Source: Nitrosopumilus sp.
Lineage (GTDB): Archaea > Thermoproteota > Nitrososphaeria > Nitrososphaerales > Nitrosopumilaceae
Direction of reading: 5' to 3'
NCBI GenBank assembly: GCA_963667665.2
Contig: OY763927.2
Span: 1,280,001 to 1,344,000 of the forward strand
Length of the DNA stretch: 64,000 nt
Position 1 is the first letter of the stretch. The number at the start of each line of letters is the position of its first letter. A model generated the notes under the pieces. The model was not told the origin of the DNA. It saw only the letters and a list, made by a program, of their open reading frames with translations, and ran no database searches. Both the position numbers and the translations under genes were made by a program. This document shows positions 36,814 to 46,374 of this stretch, piece after piece.

Positions 36814-38331
36814 TTAGTTAGCAGGAACTATAATTCCTCTATCTATCATCTTCAATGCAGTATCTGCATATAGACACATTGCTACACCGTTTGATGCTTT
36901 CATTACAAGGCTGAATCCTTCTCTACATTCAACGTCTGCGGCATCAAGGCCTGCAGTCATTTGAGTACGTGGGGAAATCCATGCTAGTTGCATGTCTTTT
37001 GCCTTTTCAATGAAATCTGCTCTAAGTTCTTGTTTTTCCTCGTCAGTCATATCAGATGCTCTTTCTCGAAGATCAGCTTTGAATGCTTTCATCTCAGCTA
37101 TTCTATCATGAATGTCAGATTTTTGCTCATCAGTTAGATTGTGTTTGATTTTTGCCATATGATCTTTGAATTTCATTTTAAGATCAGACTTTTTTGCATC
37201 AGTCAAATCACCATGCTTTTCTTTGTATTTCATCTTGATTTCATCCATTCTCTCATCAGTAATGTCATGCTTTGTCATGATCATTGCTTTGAGTCGTGGA
37301 GATTGATCAGAGAATTTCTGCATTTTGTCATGTAGTTTGTCTTTTGCGACATCAGACATTCTGTCTTTTGCCATATCTGACATTCCATCAAAGTCATGTT
37401 TTTTATCCATCATTTTGTCTTTCATAGAATCTTTATGATCACGCTTGAAATCTTCTCTCTCTTCTGGAGTCATTTCACACCATTCAGAGATTCTATCAAG
37501 TTTTGCTACATCTGTGATTTCTGCTGCTCTATCTGATGCTGCCATATCACATAGTCTATCATAATTCATGTGAGGTTTTTTATCTGACATGTTATCTCGC
37601 ATTTTGTCTTTCATGTGATCTTTGATGTAATCTTCTCTTGCGTCATCGTCAAGTGAACAATATTCGTTCATCTTTTCTACATGATCAGCTGCTTTGTCAT
37701 GTTCTGCAACAAATGCTAGCTTATCTTCGTCAGACATTTCACAGTATCTATCTATCATACCTCGTATGTCTTTGTCATGCATTCTGTCTTCCATGTGAGC
37801 TTTGAATTCGTCTCTGTGTTCTGCGATAAAGTCTGCTCTGTCTGATTCATTTAAAGTACAATATCTGTCAGCTTTTGCTATTTGATCTTCTGTTTTATCA
37901 TATTTAGCTGCAGTTGCTTCTTTGTCTTCATCAGACATTTCACACCATTGTGTTAGTTTATGTCTAAAGTCTGCGTCAGTATTTCTGTCCCAGTCTTCAT
38001 CTCTAACATGATCTCTAATAAAATCATCAATTGCATCTTCGCGTTCATCTCCAGACAAATCACAATAGTTTGCTAGTCTGTCAGAAAACTGTTCTAATCT
38101 TGGATGATCCTCAAAGAATTGACGTTTTTCCTCGTCAGTCATTTCACAGAAATATTCTAGTCTGTCATCAAGATCGTGATGTCTACCATCTTTGACATAA
38201 TCTCTGTCATAGTAATCGTCATCGTATGAATCGTCATATTCGTCTGATTCAGCAAATGCTACACTACCGGCAGTAACACCAGTAAACATAATCACTGAAA
38301 AAACTATACTTAGAAGTTGTTTACTTTTCAT
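36814..38331 (-). CDS. secreted Asp/Met/His-rich protein with eight Cys-containing helical repeats
   Basis: Signal peptide (..SVAFA); (Y/W)C.(M/L)(S/T)..(D/E)(K/R) repeats; C-terminal two-Cys module. Confidence 0.8.
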   Translation of the reverse strand: MKSKQLLSIVFSVIMFTGVTAGSVAFAESDEYDDSYDDDYYDRDYVKDGRHHDLDDRLEYFCEMTDEEKRQFFEDHPRLEQFSDRLANYCDLSGDEREDAIDDFIRDHVRDEDWDRNTDADFRHKLTQWCEMSDEDKEATAAKYDKTEDQIAKADRYCTLNESDRADFIAEHRDEFKAHMEDRMHDKDIRGMIDRYCEMSDEDKLAFVAEHDKAADHVEKMNEYCSLDDDAREDYIKDHMKDKMRDNMSDKKPHMNYDRLCDMAASDRAAEITDVAKLDRISEWCEMTPEEREDFKRDHKDSMKDKMMDKKHDFDGMSDMAKDRMSDVAKDKLHDKMQKFSDQSPRLKAMIMTKHDITDERMDEIKMKYKEKHGDLTDAKKSDLKMKFKDHMAKIKHNLTDEQKSDIHDRIAEMKAFKADLRERASDMTDEEKQELRADFIEKAKDMQLAWISPRTQMTAGLDAADVECREGFSLVMKASNGVAMCLYADTALKMIDRGIIVPAN

Positions 38332-38539
38332 TGCAAATCTTCAATTCTTTTGAATATAAAGAATAACGGATCATATCGTAGTAGCTTTTATTACAAATGA
38401 GACATTTTTTGGCTAATTTCACGCCTGGTAGGCATGAAGTATGTAATTTGTGATTAAATCAAAAGACTAGCTGATTTTTTTAGTTTTGTTCATTTTTATT
38501 TTTAGAAAACATAAGTAATTTCTTGCTATTCTAAATCAA

Positions 38540-38905
38540 ATGGCAAACGTGATGATTGCCGATGATTCAGAACAAGTAAGATACACCTTAAGGGATATTG
38601 TAGAGGCAGGAAAACACAAGGTAGTAGCAGAAGCAGTAGATGGCATTGACACACTAGAAAAATTTGATGCTGTAAAACCTGATGTGTTATTACTTGATGT
38701 AGCAATGCCGAAAAAAGATGGCATGGAAACTTTAATTGAGCTTATGAAAAATGATTCAAAACCCAAAGTTATCATGATTACTGCACATGATGATATGGAT
38801 CTAATACAGAATTGTATCAAAATAGGTGCTTTGGCATACATTACAAAACCGTTTAACACTGATGATATTTTACAAGCAATCTCTTATGCATTTGAAGAAA
38901 AATAA
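38540..38905 (+). CDS. stand-alone response-regulator receiver (CheY-like)
   Basis: IADD, LLDVAMP..DG, MITA and KPF motifs. Confidence 0.93.
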   Translation: MANVMIADDSEQVRYTLRDIVEAGKHKVVAEAVDGIDTLEKFDAVKPDVLLLDVAMPKKDGMETLIELMKNDSKPKVIMITAHDDMDLIQNCIKIGALAYITKPFNTDDILQAISYAFEEK

Positions 38906-38916
38906 TTAATTTCAAA

Positions 38917-39456
38917 TTAAGGTAAGGGTGAACTAGCAAGTCCCATGGCTTCACCAAAGTAATATCCAGCCAAAATTGTTGCAGCAGACCAAATACAGGA
39001 ACCTGCAAACGTATACAAAACAAATTTTGGAATTTTCATTTGTAGTAATCCAGCTGGAACTGAAATCATCTCCCTCATTACTGGAATCATTCTACCCAAA
39101 AATACTGCCTTGTCTCCATACTTTTCAAACCATTTCTCAACTCGCTCTAACTTTTTTTCTGATACCTTGACATATTTCAAATAACGAAGTAAAACTACTC
39201 GTCCAAGTTTTAATGCAATAAAATAGATTGCAGATGTTCCAATAGTAGCACCAATTCCACCAAGAATTATCATTGGAATTACTTCAATTATTGGAATTCC
39301 TTGTTGTGATGCTAAAAATCCTGCAGTTGGAAATATTGCAAGAGTAGGAATTGGAGGAATTATTGTCTCAATTAGAGCAGCTAGAAATATTCCCTCATAG
39401 AGATGTCCTCCTAAAAATTCTGTAACCCATACCAAAAACGAATCAAAAAGTTCCAT
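38917..39456 (-). CDS. DedA-family membrane protein
   Basis: WFEKYG.KAVFLGRMIPVMR..ISVPAG motif. Confidence 0.92.
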   Translation of the reverse strand: MELFDSFLVWVTEFLGGHLYEGIFLAALIETIIPPIPTLAIFPTAGFLASQQGIPIIEVIPMIILGGIGATIGTSAIYFIALKLGRVVLLRYLKYVKVSEKKLERVEKWFEKYGDKAVFLGRMIPVMREMISVPAGLLQMKIPKFVLYTFAGSCIWSAATILAGYYFGEAMGLASSPLP

Positions 39457-39589
39457 TTGCTTCTGGAAATAAGATCCTACTAAATTACTTTACGAGTAAA
39501 AACTCGTACTGATTAGTCATATCTCTATTGCCAAGAATTTGGATAAGATTTGGAAAATGTGTTTTATATCAAAATCAGATGATGTAACC

Positions 39590-40216
39590 ATGAACAAATC
39601 TTTGCTGGTAATTATAGCAGTAATAATAGTCGGAGCAGCATCAGTATTTGCTGTATCGCCATACTTTACAGAATCAACTGTAGATGAGGCATTACCAACT
39701 GGCGCTATTATGCAACCAAAGATGGAAGATAAAGACGCAATGATGATCAAAGATGATTCTACTGTGATGGAAGAAAAAGCCATGATGGAAGAGGAAACTA
39801 TGATGGAAGACAAAATGATGGATGAAACTATGGAGGAAGAATCCATGATAGATGAAGATTCTATGATGGATGAAACTATGGAAGAATTAGTTGTAGTCTC
39901 TTATGCTGGAACATTTACTGGTGCGGGTGATGGAATTCATGATGCACAAGGAGATGCATACACAATACCACTAGAAGATGGAAGTAATGTACTAAGACTA
40001 GAGAATTTCCAATCAACTAATGGTCCAGACTTGTTTGTTTATCTGTCAACTGATGAGAATGCATCAGAGTTTATCAATCTAGGAGCACTAAAAGCAAACA
40101 ATGGAAACCAAAATTATGAAATTCCAGATGATACTGATCTTGAGAAATACAACAAAGTTCTAATTTGGTGTAAATCATTTAGTGTTTTATTTGGTAGTGC
40201 AGAATTATCTTCCTGA
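39590..40216 (+). CDS. DM13-domain protein with Met/Glu-rich linker
   Basis: N-terminal TM; GPDLFVYLS, LG.LK...GNQNY and VLIWC..F.VLFG.A motifs. Confidence 0.88.
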   Translation: MNKSLLVIIAVIIVGAASVFAVSPYFTESTVDEALPTGAIMQPKMEDKDAMMIKDDSTVMEEKAMMEEETMMEDKMMDETMEEESMIDEDSMMDETMEELVVVSYAGTFTGAGDGIHDAQGDAYTIPLEDGSNVLRLENFQSTNGPDLFVYLSTDENASEFINLGALKANNGNQNYEIPDDTDLEKYNKVLIWCKSFSVLFGSAELSS

Positions 40217-40257
40217 TATCTTTTTTTAAAATAAAAAGATCTGTTTTAAATAAGTCA

Positions 40258-40638
40258 ATGAGAAGAAAAATTATGCCAAGAGTTTCATGGTTTGATATTC
40301 CAGCAGATGATCCTGAAAGGGCTCAAAAATTCTACAAGGAAGTATTTGATTGGAGTTTTGACAAATGGGATGGGCCAATGGATTACTGGATGACAAAAAC
40401 AGGAACTGAAGAACCAGGAATTGATGGAGGGTTATCAAAAAGAATGCCTGGCCAAACGGGAATGACAAATACCATTACTGTTCCATCAGTTGATGAATTT
40501 ACAAAAAAAATTATAGAGAAAGGTGGACAAATGGTTTGTGCTAAAATGGCGATTCCAAAAATAGGATGGATTGCACAAGCAACAGATACTGAAGGAAATG
40601 TATTTGGAATTATAGAAATGGATGAGAAAGCAGAGTAA
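40258..40638 (+). CDS. VOC/glyoxalase-family protein
   Basis: FDIPADD.ERA..FY..VF.W and DTEGN.FG motifs. Confidence 0.9.
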   Translation: MRRKIMPRVSWFDIPADDPERAQKFYKEVFDWSFDKWDGPMDYWMTKTGTEEPGIDGGLSKRMPGQTGMTNTITVPSVDEFTKKIIEKGGQMVCAKMAIPKIGWIAQATDTEGNVFGIIEMDEKAE

Positions 40639-40680
40639 TACCACCTAAATTAATAATTAGAAAGATTTCAAAATGAATAA

Positions 40681-41097
40681 TTGAGTTACAAGTTTTTAGA
40701 TCACGCAACTGATGCCATAATTGAAGTAACAGCAAAAGACCTCAAAGAAGCTTTTTCAGTAACTGCTGATGCTGTGATTAATCTAACACTTGATCAAGAT
40801 AAGGTAGAGGAAAAAGATCAAAAAGAGTTTTCAGCAAATGGAAAAGATCTAAGATATCTTCTATTTAGCTGGATTGAAGAGATAACATTTGTTCTAATTA
40901 CTCAAGGATTTGCAATAAAGAGAGTAGAATTTGATATTGAACAAAAAGAAGGCTACAAAATCATTGCCAAAGCATACGGTGAGCCTCTTGATTTACACAA
41001 ACATAATTTCAAAGTAGAGATAAAGGCACCTACATTTTACGAAATGGAGATAAATCAGGATGAAGGCGTTTATATGAAATTTTTGGTAGACTTGTAA
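40681..41097 (+). CDS. archease
   Basis: FLDHATD and EIKAPTF motifs. Confidence 0.92.
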   Translation: MSYKFLDHATDAIIEVTAKDLKEAFSVTADAVINLTLDQDKVEEKDQKEFSANGKDLRYLLFSWIEEITFVLITQGFAIKRVEFDIEQKEGYKIIAKAYGEPLDLHKHNFKVEIKAPTFYEMEINQDEGVYMKFLVDL

Positions 41098-41166
41098 AGA
41101 ATTTTTTGCAAATAGATAGAAGAAATTATACGCGTTTTTTAAAAAACTCCAAAATAAATCAATATT

Positions 41167-42753
41167 ATGCGCAGCAGACTAGCAGGATTTGCAGTATTTT
41201 CATTATTTGTACTAATGATGGTACCAGTCAATGCTGAGGTGACAGAAGTTTCCCTTGGAAAAAATCTCTACACTATTAATGAAAAGATTTCATTTGTGGG
41301 TAATGAAAGTGAAGGAAGTGAAATAGTTAATGTAGTTGTAAAACCACCTAGTGGAAAATCAGAATTGCTTGGAGGAGGTTTTTCTAATTCTGATGGAGAA
41401 TTTGAAACAATTCCACAACCAGTAAAAAATATCTTTGATAGAGTTGGAATATATAGTGTAACAGTATTTGTAGACAAAATTGAAAATGGTATTTCAATTC
41501 AACTTGAATTTGACGGAAACAAAGTATTTGAAGTTCCTGATGTTGTATTACAACTAAAATCAATTGTAGATAAAACAATAGAAGTAGAAAAAACAATTTC
41601 ATTTACAGCTAGTCTTACTGATAGTTCAATTGAGGATGCAGTTTTTAGTTTGAATAGTGCAGCGCCTACAGGGGCTACAATAGATTCAAGTTCTGGAAAA
41701 TTTATTTGGACTGTATCAAAATCGCAGGGAAATATTCAAGATGTACAGTATAATTTTGATATTATTGTAACAAAGGGAGCTCAAGAAGATAGAGAAAACA
41801 TAACAATTACAATAAAGCAAGCATATGTTGAACCAGAAAAAGAACCAAAACCCACAACAGAACCAGAACCATTAGAAATTCCAGCACCATTTGTTGATGA
41901 ATCAAAGGATCCACAGAGTTATGTTGATAGATACAACAATGAAATTACATACAAGGATTGGTTTGATAAAACATATCCAGAATATGATTCAATTTATCAG
42001 GCAGTGGGACTAGAGAAACCATTAGAAATTCCAGCGTCATTTGTAGATGAGTCAAAGGATCCACAGAGTTATGTTGATAGATACAACAATGAAATTACAT
42101 ACAAGGATTGGTTTGATAAAACATATCCAGAATATGATTCAATTTATCAGGCAGTTGGACTAGAAGAGCCAAAAGAATTAGCACCATTTGTTGATCCAAA
42201 TCTAGACCCTCAATACTATATTGATAGATACAATAATGAAATTACATACAAGGATTGGTTTGATAAAACATATCCAGACATTACAATTTACAAAGCAGTG
42301 GGAATTGAAGAAGAAGAGTTTGGAGAATGTGGTAAAGGAACAGATCTTGTAAATGGAATGTGTGTTATTGTTGATAATTCTGGAGGAGGTTGTCTTATTG
42401 CAACAGCTGCATATGGCTCAGAAATGGCACCACAAGTTCAATTACTTAGAGAGATTCGCGATAATCAATTAATGAATACTGAATCAGGATCATCATTTAT
42501 GACAGGATTCAACCAATTGTATTATTCATTCTCACCAACTATAGCTGATATGCAAAGAGAAAATCCAATGTTCCAAGAAATAGTAAAAATTGGAATTACC
42601 CCATTATTATCATCATTGTCAATAATGGAATATGCTGAATCAGACTCTGAAGTATTAGGATATGGTATTGGTGTTATTTTGATGAATATTGGAATGTATT
42701 TTGCAGCACCAGCAATTATAATTTTCAAGACTAGAAAATATATCAGAATTTAG
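41167..42753 (+). CDS. surface protein with Ig-like domain, three YVDRYNNE repeats and CFI-box C-terminal anchor
   Basis: Signal peptide; GGGCLIATAAYGSEMAPQVQ.LRE.RD; C-terminal TM. Confidence 0.88.
   Translation: MRSRLAGFAVFSLFVLMMVPVNAEVTEVSLGKNLYTINEKISFVGNESEGSEIVNVVVKPPSGKSELLGGGFSNSDGEFETIPQPVKNIFDRVGIYSVTVFVDKIENGISIQLEFDGNKVFEVPDVVLQLKSIVDKTIEVEKTISFTASLTDSSIEDAVFSLNSAAPTGATIDSSSGKFIWTVSKSQGNIQDVQYNFDIIVTKGAQEDRENITITIKQAYVEPEKEPKPTTEPEPLEIPAPFVDESKDPQSYVDRYNNEITYKDWFDKTYPEYDSIYQAVGLEKPLEIPASFVDESKDPQSYVDRYNNEITYKDWFDKTYPEYDSIYQAVGLEEPKELAPFVDPNLDPQYYIDRYNNEITYKDWFDKTYPDITIYKAVGIEEEEFGECGKGTDLVNGMCVIVDNSGGGCLIATAAYGSEMAPQVQLLREIRDNQLMNTESGSSFMTGFNQLYYSFSPTIADMQRENPMFQEIVKIGITPLLSSLSIMEYAESDSEVLGYGIGVILMNIGMYFAAPAIIIFKTRKYIRI
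41887..42248 (+). repeat. ~360-bp direct repeat, copy 1 (identical to 45190..45551)
   Basis: Base-by-base match at offset 3303, first mismatch at 42249/45552. Confidence 0.88.
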
Positions 42754-42834
42754 AAAAATCTTCAGATATTGTAAATCTCAATTGATCAAATGGGTAGTGA
42801 AATTTATTACTTAATTTATTAAATTTGCATCAAT

Positions 42835-45732
42835 GTGAATAATTATAAATTGGAAAAAAAAATAATTTTTAGTCTTTTATTCGTGCTTTGTGTTGCATCT
42901 ATTCAAATTGCATATGCTGAACCAGAATTTGCTTTCAAATTTGGTTCATTAGGCACGAATGATGATGAACTGGATAATCCTACAGATTTGATATTAGATA
43001 AAAATGGAAAAAATGTCTATGTAATAGACAACCAAAACAACAGAATTAATGCATTTGAAGACGATGGTGATGATGATTTCATTTATGGATCATTTTGCGA
43101 TATTGTATCTATTCAAGATTGCAATGACAATGCAGATGGAGCAGATGAAGATGGAGATGGTCAATTCAATAGCCCAATTAGTATTGCTCGAGATGCCTTA
43201 GGAAAGTTTTTTGTTGTAGATTCAGATAATTCAAGAGTACAGATATTTGATGATGATGGGGAATTTCAATCAAAGTTTGGTTCATCAGATAGTGGAGATG
43301 ATGAATATCTTGGCTCAGCTGTAGGAATCGTAATACAAGAATCATCTAGAGATATTTTTGTTTCAGATGTTAAAAGAGATTCAATATCTGTTTTTGATTC
43401 AACAGGTAACTTCAAGTTTAAATTTGATTCATTTGATGGAAACGATGATTTCAAAAACCCAACAAACATGATAATTGACAATTCAGAAGAAATGTTATTT
43501 GTTACAGATACAAGAAACGATAGAATTGTTATCTTTGAATTAGTTGATGGTACAACTTGTCCTAGTGGAACAGTAGAGTCAGTTGATGGAGTTTGTTTTG
43601 TAAAAGAATTTGGTTCTGCAGGATCAGATGAAGGAGAATTTGATGATCCCACAGGACTTGCATATGATTCTGTTAAGGATTTGTTGTATGTGGCTGATAC
43701 AGATAATAACAGAATTCAGATCTTTGAGATAATTGAAGGAAATGTTTGTCCTAGTAGAACACAGGAAATAGTTGACGGAGTTTGTTTTGTTGAAGAATTC
43801 GGTTCTGCAGGTACTAGAAATGGAAAATTTGACACTCCAATGGGAATTGCACTAGATACAACTAATGATTTGTTGTTTGTGGCTGATTCAGATAATGACA
43901 GAATTCAGGCATTTGATCTAAACACAGGACCTGTAGTTCTTCTTGCAGAAAAACCAGATAATCTAAAGGCATTACCAATTTCACCAACTTCAATAATAAT
44001 TTCATGGGATGAACCAGAAATGCAAGAAAATGTACCTGCAATTTCAGGATACAAAATAGAATACAAAATTGGTTCAGGAAGTTATGCAGTAATCACTGAA
44101 AATACTGCAAGTACTGCAACATCATTTATTCATCAGGGACTTAGTTCTAGTGAGACTTACTATTATCGAGTGTATTCAATTAATTCAGAAGGAACAAGCA
44201 CTTCATCAAGTGTTTCAATAAGGCCAGAACATACTACAACACCTGCAGCATTAACTGCAACAGCAATTTCACCTAACCAGATTAAACTTTCTTGGTTATC
44301 ACCATCAGATACTTTTGGACAAGCAATTAGTGGTTATGAAGTTAAAAGAGAAATTATTCCAGCAGTTTATGAGGTTATAGGAAATACAAACAAAGATACC
44401 ACCACATTCATTGTAAGCGGCTTGGCAACTGATAAGACATACACATTTGCAATTAGTGCAAATATTAGATCTGGAACAACACAAGAATCAAATTCTGCAT
44501 CTGCTACTCCACAAGAAGATTCAGTAGATACATCAGAAGAACCAATAACATCAACTTTAGTGCAAATAACAGTTTCTACACCACCAATAAAATTAACTGC
44601 ATCAAGTGTTTCAGCAACTCAAATTAATTTATCATGGAGTCCACCAGTAGAGGATGGAAATTCTCCAATTACAGGTTACAAAATTGAAATGAAAATAGAT
44701 AGTAATGCATTCACTACACTAGTTGCAGACACAGAAAGTACAACAGAAACATACTCACACATCAATCTCATAACAAATGCAAGGTATACCTACAAGATTT
44801 CAGCCATAAACTCTGCAGGAGTTAGTGAACCATCAAATGAATTTTCTACTACACCAAAATCAACAAATGTACAAATTAGCCCCATTGGTAAATTAACAAT
44901 AGATGAAGGAAAATTGTTATCTTTTACAGTTAAGCTTGTTGATAATTCAGTCAGTAATGCAGTATTTAGTTTGGAGAAAAATCCACCATCTGGTGTCAAA
45001 ATCATATCAAATACAGGTATGATTTCATGGACGCCATCAAGTTCTGATGGTGGAAAAACACACACATTTGATGTGGTAGCAAAAAAAGATGGAATCTCAG
45101 ATAGTGAGACAATAACGATTGTTGTCAATGACGTAATGAATGATTCACAATCAACAACAGAGCCTGAACCAAAAGAAACAGGAATTGCCCCATTTGTTGA
45201 TGAATCAAAGGATCCACAGAGTTATGTTGATAGATACAACAATGAAATTACATACAAGGATTGGTTTGATAAAACATATCCAGAATATGATTCAATTTAT
45301 CAGGCAGTGGGACTAGAGAAACCATTAGAAATTCCAGCGTCATTTGTAGATGAGTCAAAGGATCCACAGAGTTATGTTGATAGATACAACAATGAAATTA
45401 CATACAAGGATTGGTTTGATAAAACATATCCAGAATATGATTCAATTTATCAGGCAGTTGGACTAGAAGAGCCAAAAGAATTAGCACCATTTGTTGATCC
45501 AAATCTAGACCCTCAATACTATATTGATAGATACAATAATGAAATTACATATAAGGATTGGTTTGATAAAACATTTCCAGAATATGATTCAATTTATCAG
45601 GCAGTTGGACTAGAAGAGCCAAAAATTAAAGAGAAGCAATTTGGAATATGTGGTCCTGGAACAAAGTTGATTGACGGTGTATGTACAATTATTGAAAAAC
45701 CAATTGTAAAGCCTTGGTGGAAATTTTGGTAA
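42835..45732 (+). CDS. secreted NHL-repeat / 3x FN3 / Ig-like protein with three YVDRYNNE repeats
   Basis: FD.P.G.A.D....LYVAD..N.RIQ NHL repeats; W..P...I.GY.IE FN3 motifs; ends KPWWKFW. Confidence 0.9.
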   Translation: MNNYKLEKKIIFSLLFVLCVASIQIAYAEPEFAFKFGSLGTNDDELDNPTDLILDKNGKNVYVIDNQNNRINAFEDDGDDDFIYGSFCDIVSIQDCNDNADGADEDGDGQFNSPISIARDALGKFFVVDSDNSRVQIFDDDGEFQSKFGSSDSGDDEYLGSAVGIVIQESSRDIFVSDVKRDSISVFDSTGNFKFKFDSFDGNDDFKNPTNMIIDNSEEMLFVTDTRNDRIVIFELVDGTTCPSGTVESVDGVCFVKEFGSAGSDEGEFDDPTGLAYDSVKDLLYVADTDNNRIQIFEIIEGNVCPSRTQEIVDGVCFVEEFGSAGTRNGKFDTPMGIALDTTNDLLFVADSDNDRIQAFDLNTGPVVLLAEKPDNLKALPISPTSIIISWDEPEMQENVPAISGYKIEYKIGSGSYAVITENTASTATSFIHQGLSSSETYYYRVYSINSEGTSTSSSVSIRPEHTTTPAALTATAISPNQIKLSWLSPSDTFGQAISGYEVKREIIPAVYEVIGNTNKDTTTFIVSGLATDKTYTFAISANIRSGTTQESNSASATPQEDSVDTSEEPITSTLVQITVSTPPIKLTASSVSATQINLSWSPPVEDGNSPITGYKIEMKIDSNAFTTLVADTESTTETYSHINLITNARYTYKISAINSAGVSEPSNEFSTTPKSTNVQISPIGKLTIDEGKLLSFTVKLVDNSVSNAVFSLEKNPPSGVKIISNTGMISWTPSSSDGGKTHTFDVVAKKDGISDSETITIVVNDVMNDSQSTTEPEPKETGIAPFVDESKDPQSYVDRYNNEITYKDWFDKTYPEYDSIYQAVGLEKPLEIPASFVDESKDPQSYVDRYNNEITYKDWFDKTYPEYDSIYQAVGLEEPKELAPFVDPNLDPQYYIDRYNNEITYKDWFDKTFPEYDSIYQAVGLEEPKIKEKQFGICGPGTKLIDGVCTIIEKPIVKPWWKFW
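45190..45551 (+). repeat. ~360-bp direct repeat, copy 2
   Basis: Matches 41887..42248. Confidence 0.88.
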
Positions 45733-45781
45733 AATATATTGAAAAGTTAAGTTTTAATCACAATACTTTTTCATCATTATT

Positions 45782-45916
45782 ATGGGAAAACTAGATAAAC
45801 ATCTTAGAATTTGTGGCGAATGTGGTATTGTATATTCTTCAGTTAGCTTTACAAAACTCATTGATCAGTGTCCCATATGCAAATCAAGAAGATTTGAGTC
45901 AATTTCAATAGAATGA
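45782..45916 (+). CDS. 44-aa zinc-ribbon microprotein
   Basis: Read manually: MGKLDKHLRICGECGIVYSSVSFTKLIDQCPICKSRRFESISIE. Confidence 0.6.
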   Translation: MGKLDKHLRICGECGIVYSSVSFTKLIDQCPICKSRRFESISIE

Positions 45917-45972
45917 GATAAACAATAATTATTCAACATAGATTTTTTAGTAGAACTAATTTTTGAGATATA

Positions 45973-46374
45973 ATGTCTGATGACCCAGAAATTGAGAAAA
46001 TAAAGCAAAAACAGTTAGAAGAATTGCTCAAACAGCAAAATCAGCCCAAAATTGAGCCTGGAATCATAGATTTGAATGAGTCTAATTTTGACCAAACCAT
46101 ATCAGCTGAGAATCCAACATTAGTAGATTTTTGGGCAGAGTGGTGCGGACCATGCAAGACGATGCATCCAGTTTTTGAGAGTCTATCAAAAACTTATCCA
46201 AAAATAAAATTTGCCAGAGTTAATGTTGATAACAATCAAAACATTTCAACGAGATTTGCAGTTCAATCAATTCCTACATTTATCATGTTCAAGTCAGGAC
46301 AAATTGCAGATAAAATGATGGGAGCAGTTGGTGCACCTGGAATTCATATGATTTGCAAAAAGTATTCAAACTAG
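45973..46374 (+). CDS. trxA: thioredoxin with N-terminal helical extension
   Basis: DFWAEWCGPCK motif. Confidence 0.92.
   Translation: MSDDPEIEKIKQKQLEELLKQQNQPKIEPGIIDLNESNFDQTISAENPTLVDFWAEWCGPCKTMHPVFESLSKTYPKIKFARVNVDNNQNISTRFAVQSIPTFIMFKSGQIADKMMGAVGAPGIHMICKKYSN

Noticed and set aside
28400-40250. Accessory region as a provirus or integrative element
   Set aside because: No integrase, transposase, capsid or flanking att/tRNA duplication was seen.
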